From positions 1-38,685 of the forward strand of contig JAQXSU010000136.1 in the NCBI GenBank assembly GCA_029219125.1: a DNA stretch of 38,685 bases, in the 5' to 3' direction. This DNA is from Bacillota bacterium (GTDB taxonomy: Bacteria > Bacillota > Clostridia > Peptostreptococcales > Anaerovoracaceae). This document shows positions 35,393 through 38,685 of the stretch, in pieces. The notes below the pieces were generated by a model. That model was not told where the DNA came from and did not search any database. It saw only the letters and a list, made by a program, of their open reading frames with translations. The position numbers and the translations under genes were made by a program. Position 1 is the first letter of the stretch; every line of letters starts with the position of its first letter.

Positions 35393-36343
35393 ATGATAAT
35401 CGTTCTGAAAAAAATCATATCTATATTTATTATCACCTTCGTCGGCTTCGCAGCAAATAGAAAAGGTATTCTGCCCAATCAGTCCAACCGCTATCTGGTG
35501 GATCTGCTGATGATGATTACCACGCCCTGCATGGTGCTGGCGTCCATCACTTCTACAGAGCTTACCGAAGATACGGTGAAAACCACACTGCTGATGATTC
35601 TGTTCTCCGTTCTCTGGTTTGCGGCTTCGGCATTTCTGTCCTGGGTGCTTTGTATCAAAATCCTGAAAATGAAAGATCATCCCGATGCCGGCGTCTACAT
35701 GGCAGGCATCACGACGATCAATAACGGCTTCATGGGATTTCCCATCACCCTGGCTCTGTTCGGAGAAGATGTGTTTTTCTATATGGTTCTGTTCCAGATG
35801 ATGCTGACCATCTACCTGTATTCCGGCTGCATCATGCAGGTGGATTATGGCCACAAGGGAAAGATGGATCTGAAACTTACACTGAAGCAGCTGGCTAATC
35901 CATGTTCCATGTCCGCAGTGCTGGGAATCATCATGTTGTTTCTCGGTCTGCACCTTCCGGACATGATTTTTGAAACGGTGGATTCCATCGGCAGCATCAC
36001 GGTTCCCCTCTCTATGCTGGTTGTCGGCATTCAGCTGGGTTCCAGCAAAATCTCCACCGTCATTCATAACCGGAATCTGGTTCTTACTTCTGTTCTGAAA
36101 ATGATTCTCTGTCCGGTTCTCACCTTTCTGGCGGTGAACTGGCTGCCGCTTCCTCTCAGCATGAAGCTTGCCCTGATCTTTGGTTCCGTCTTCCCAACTG
36201 CGGTGGCAGTGGTGGCGGTGGCCAGCATGGAAAACCGTAATGCCGTCCTTGCAGCGGAGATGATCGCATTTACCACCCTGATTTCCATCGTCACCATCCC
36301 GGTCAGCGCCCTGCTGCTGATGGGTTATTACGGGCTGGTATAA
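35393..36343 (+). CDS. AEC (auxin efflux carrier) family permease
   Basis: 316 aa, about 10 TM. The N-terminus IFIITFVGFAANRKGIL and the overall two-repeat organisation are typical of AEC/malate-permease-like transporters. SD AGGGAG lies upstream. Confidence 0.75.
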   Translation: MIIVLKKIISIFIITFVGFAANRKGILPNQSNRYLVDLLMMITTPCMVLASITSTELTEDTVKTTLLMILFSVLWFAASAFLSWVLCIKILKMKDHPDAGVYMAGITTINNGFMGFPITLALFGEDVFFYMVLFQMMLTIYLYSGCIMQVDYGHKGKMDLKLTLKQLANPCSMSAVLGIIMLFLGLHLPDMIFETVDSIGSITVPLSMLVVGIQLGSSKISTVIHNRNLVLTSVLKMILCPVLTFLAVNWLPLPLSMKLALIFGSVFPTAVAVVAVASMENRNAVLAAEMIAFTTLISIVTIPVSALLLMGYYGLV

Positions 36344-36348
36344 CTGGT

Positions 36349-36385
36349 AAAAAGAAAAAAGCAGTCGGCCACCCGCGTCGACTGC
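36349..36385 (-). terminator. Rho-independent terminator of the minus-strand hypothetical operon (may also serve the AEC gene)
   Basis: GCAGTCG (36361-36367) pairs with CGACTGC (36379-36385). On the minus strand it is followed by TTTTTTCTTTTT. Confidence 0.75.
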
Positions 36386-36405
36386 TGTATGAATCTTTAT
36401 TTTTC

Positions 36406-36876
36406 CTAAAACCCACCGTTCTGATACGCCCTTGCAATAACATAGGAAGGTTCGTAATATGCACTGCAGTTATAATTATCGATTACATCACAGAGTTTAT
36501 CATTGTAAACCCGCATAATCCCCTCCACTTCGGATTCTTCCGGCTGCATTGTATCGCAAATCAATCGCTGATAAACCTTTCCCATTTGCGTCGCACGTGG
36601 AATTGTGGATGCAAGTTCGGGGTTCACTGCGGTAACATCTTCATTACCCGCAGCAAGATGATACTTTTCAATCCAGTCATCCTCTACATCCAGCGGATTC
36701 TCTGCATGCAGAACATTCGCTACGCTGATTAAATGTTCCAGATTATCCTTTCCGATTTTATTTACCACATAACGATTGCGTTGATGTAGTTTTCTCGAAA
36801 CCCGTTCAATCATATAGCAAATGAAATACACATCATCTTTATTAATCTCTTCGTCCGGGAAGTAAATATTTTTCAT
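36406..36876 (-). CDS. Hypothetical cytoplasmic protein (N-terminal part possibly DUF3791-like; not verified)
   Basis: 156 aa with no TM segments. Visibly more AT-rich than the flanks. The pattern FICYMIERVSRKL...VLHAENPLDVEDDWIEKY recalls DUF3791-type small proteins from memory only. Confidence 0.5.
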   Translation of the reverse strand: MKNIYFPDEEINKDDVYFICYMIERVSRKLHQRNRYVVNKIGKDNLEHLISVANVLHAENPLDVEDDWIEKYHLAAGNEDVTAVNPELASTIPRATQMGKVYQRLICDTMQPEESEVEGIMRVYNDKLCDVIDNYNCSAYYEPSYVIARAYQNGGF

Positions 36877-36882
36877 AATTTC

Positions 36883-37374
36883 TCACTTCCGTTTCCTAAG
36901 TATACTATACACCACCCCGCAAACGGCCCAGACTGTGGCATAGCATGCCATGCACAGAATCGTCTCCAGAAGGAAGGTTCCTGTGAAGTCCACAGAAGAC
37001 TGATATGCCAGATACAAAGTCTCTGCGATTCCGTTGACAGGTGCCAGCAAAATCATATAGAAAACAGCAAATATGGCTGTGATACCATCCCCGGCCGAAT
37101 GGGTAATCATCGTCAGCACCAGAAGCAATACGAGAATCAGCACAATGATCCAGCTGATGGTTGAGAAAGTCTTTTTTCGGTCTGACGTCCCCACCATCGA
37201 AGCCGCACCAAATATCATCCAGCTGATCAGAATCACAGACGATGCGATAACGTTCAGCCATCCGGGCTGTCCGTCAATCAGATACGGCGCATTCACTGCC
37301 ATCCCTGCAATGGTAATCACAGCTGCTGCAATTCCTGTAAAACGATTGTTTTTCTTCCGGTTTCTCATATTCAT
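36883..37374 (-). CDS. Hypothetical small integral membrane protein (about 5 TM)
   Basis: 163 aa. Basic N-terminus MNMRNRKKNNR, then hydrophobic helices. SD AAAGGGGGA is 5 nt upstream and there is a 6-nt gap to the next gene. Confidence 0.55.
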   Translation of the reverse strand: MNMRNRKKNNRFTGIAAAVITIAGMAVNAPYLIDGQPGWLNVIASSVILISWMIFGAASMVGTSDRKKTFSTISWIIVLILVLLLVLTMITHSAGDGITAIFAVFYMILLAPVNGIAETLYLAYQSSVDFTGTFLLETILCMACYATVWAVCGVVYSILRKRK

Positions 37375-37422
37375 CAGAATCCCCCTTTCTGACCTTACTG
37401 TAGCATACGGGCTGCAGTGAAG

Positions 37423-38685
37423 TCAAGGAGTCGCTGAAATTTCAGAAAACTTTACATTAGAATAGATTTGCATCCGTTCTTCTCCGAAGCCGTCACCGAA
37501 TCCGCCAAACAGAATCAGATCGCCCTGGGGTTTCACCGGCAGATCCTCATACGGCAGAACCAGAATCTTTCGCTGTGCATAAACGTTCGTGCTGCACAGG
37601 GCCCAAACAGTCACGTCAAATGCTTCGTCCTCCGTCCAGTAAGTGAAATATCCCCGTGCACTGTCGCAAAGCGGCGGGAAGGAATACCGGCTGCTGCAGT
37701 AATTGTCTTTGCTGATATCACCAAACCAGAGATGCGTACTGGTATCCAGATCCATATCCAGCTCCGCCGTATACAGCTGCCCTTTCTTTTCCCAGAAAAT
37801 CCGTCCAACCACTGCTTCCCACTTCTGTTCAGAATCATTCTGGATTTTCACACCCTCTACAATGCCCGGGTGCTTTCCATCTTTATATCCATAAGTGACA
37901 AACCATCGAATTCTGCCGTCTGCTGTCTGTACCGCAGCCGCGTTTCCGGTCATCCGGTTCTCACTGTACTGGCCTTCCTGAATATCACCGGTCCGAACCT
38001 CCTTCACCTGGCCCAGATCCTCCAGATCTTCATCCAGAATCTGCGAGAGCATTTCCTCCGGGAACCCTTTCTCAATCAGCGCCCGCCGCACTTCGGAAGC
38101 CGATTCCGTCGCGCCCGCGAAGGCAGAAGCATCCACCGTTTCTGCGTCCACCGGTGTATAATTTGCCATGAAGCTCAGTCCGGTCATGGCGAGCACCAGG
38201 AGCAAAAGAAATGTCAGCAGCATGGGTTTTGCGGAAAACCACACCGGCGAAGCCGGCACGCCATAGCCCACCGTCTCCAGATCGTCTGCACACCGGCAGA
38301 TCCGCCGGACCAGATTGACCCAGCTCACAACCATCAGAATCAGAATCGTCCAGCTGCCGGAGCCAACCATGGCAATGCCCAGAAGGACAAGCTGCCACAC
38401 CATCACCGGCCAGGTGGCCATCTTCGGATGATCCAGCCCGGCCTGCAGACCGGCTTTTCGGATTCCCATACCCAGACAGAACAGAAAGCCCAGGTGGATC
38501 CCCTGACCCAGCCAGAGGGTCCAGTCGCCCAAAATCCCGGAGTACGGCGTCACCGTCACCAGCATCTGAAACGAAACCAGAATCACCCGGAGCAGCGACA
38601 GCAGCCATCCTCCCCGGAAGTAGCCGTTTCCGCTGCGCAGGGTCCGCATACCCAGATAAATCAGCATGACGCCGATGGTCGGCAG
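37423..38685 (-). CDS. Hypothetical membrane protein with a roughly 230-aa C-terminal soluble domain; 5' end probably outside the window
   Basis: The reading frame stays open to the window edge (LPTIGV precedes the ATG at 38667, which has no SD). The N-terminal half is polytopic. The C-terminal half (EVRRALIEKGFPEEML...GRIRWFVTYGYKDGKHPG...) has no motif I recognise. Confidence 0.55.
   Translation of the reverse strand: MPTIGVMLIYLGMRTLRSGNGYFRGGWLLSLLRVILVSFQMLVTVTPYSGILGDWTLWLGQGIHLGFLFCLGMGIRKAGLQAGLDHPKMATWPVMVWQLVLLGIAMVGSGSWTILILMVVSWVNLVRRICRCADDLETVGYGVPASPVWFSAKPMLLTFLLLLVLAMTGLSFMANYTPVDAETVDASAFAGATESASEVRRALIEKGFPEEMLSQILDEDLEDLGQVKEVRTGDIQEGQYSENRMTGNAAAVQTADGRIRWFVTYGYKDGKHPGIVEGVKIQNDSEQKWEAVVGRIFWEKKGQLYTAELDMDLDTSTHLWFGDISKDNYCSSRYSFPPLCDSARGYFTYWTEDEAFDVTVWALCSTNVYAQRKILVLPYEDLPVKPQGDLILFGGFGDGFGEERMQIYSNVKFSEISATP

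Noticed and set aside
35263-35478. 71-aa minus-strand ORF in the plsX/AEC divergent region
   Set aside because: It overlaps the AEC permease start and promoter. It has no SD, and its composition reflects antisense AT-rich sequence.
1-38685. Search for CRISPR arrays, IS elements or transposases, integrases, phage genes, toxin-antitoxin pairs or known defence-system genes
   Set aside because: I saw no regularly spaced direct repeats, no terminal inverted repeats flanking ORFs, and no ORF with DDE, tyrosine- or serine-recombinase, nuclease-helicase or other defence-type motifs. The lone tRNA-Val has no adjacent integrase or duplicated 3' end.

Overview
This looks like chromosomal core DNA from an endospore-forming Firmicute, probably Clostridia-like, since spoIVA and a sigma-E-type promoter are present and GC is moderate. 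I call 32 protein genes, two of them running off the window edges, plus one tRNA-Val. The left third (1-15.3 kb) has mixed orientation: a UvrA2-type ABC ATPase, an M20 peptidase with a YfcC-type transporter, overlapping nth-cysK, an autoregulated-looking GntR/FCD regulator, mntP, clpB with a near-perfect CIRCE operator, an AlkD-like gene, an M50 protease, a double-LysM protein, an aminotransferase and a Kv-type K+ channel. From 15.4 to 35.2 kb, 15 genes run co-directionally on the minus strand with several overlaps: plsX-rnc-smc-ftsY-der-plsY-gpsA-PLP dehydratase-M20D amidohydrolase-miaB-Na/Pi symporter-spoIVA-MFS-murT-like-gatD-like. The right end holds an AEC permease and a more AT-rich operon of three uncharacterised genes. 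I saw no CRISPR array, transposase, integrase, prophage or recognisable defence genes. The most unusual item is the MurT/GatD-like pair: its glutaminase residues (Cys, His and the partner Asp segment) appear to be missing while the ligase half looks intact. It lies 45 nt downstream of an MFS exporter on the same strand. All calls come from reading the sequence and recalling family motifs; nothing was searched or computed.
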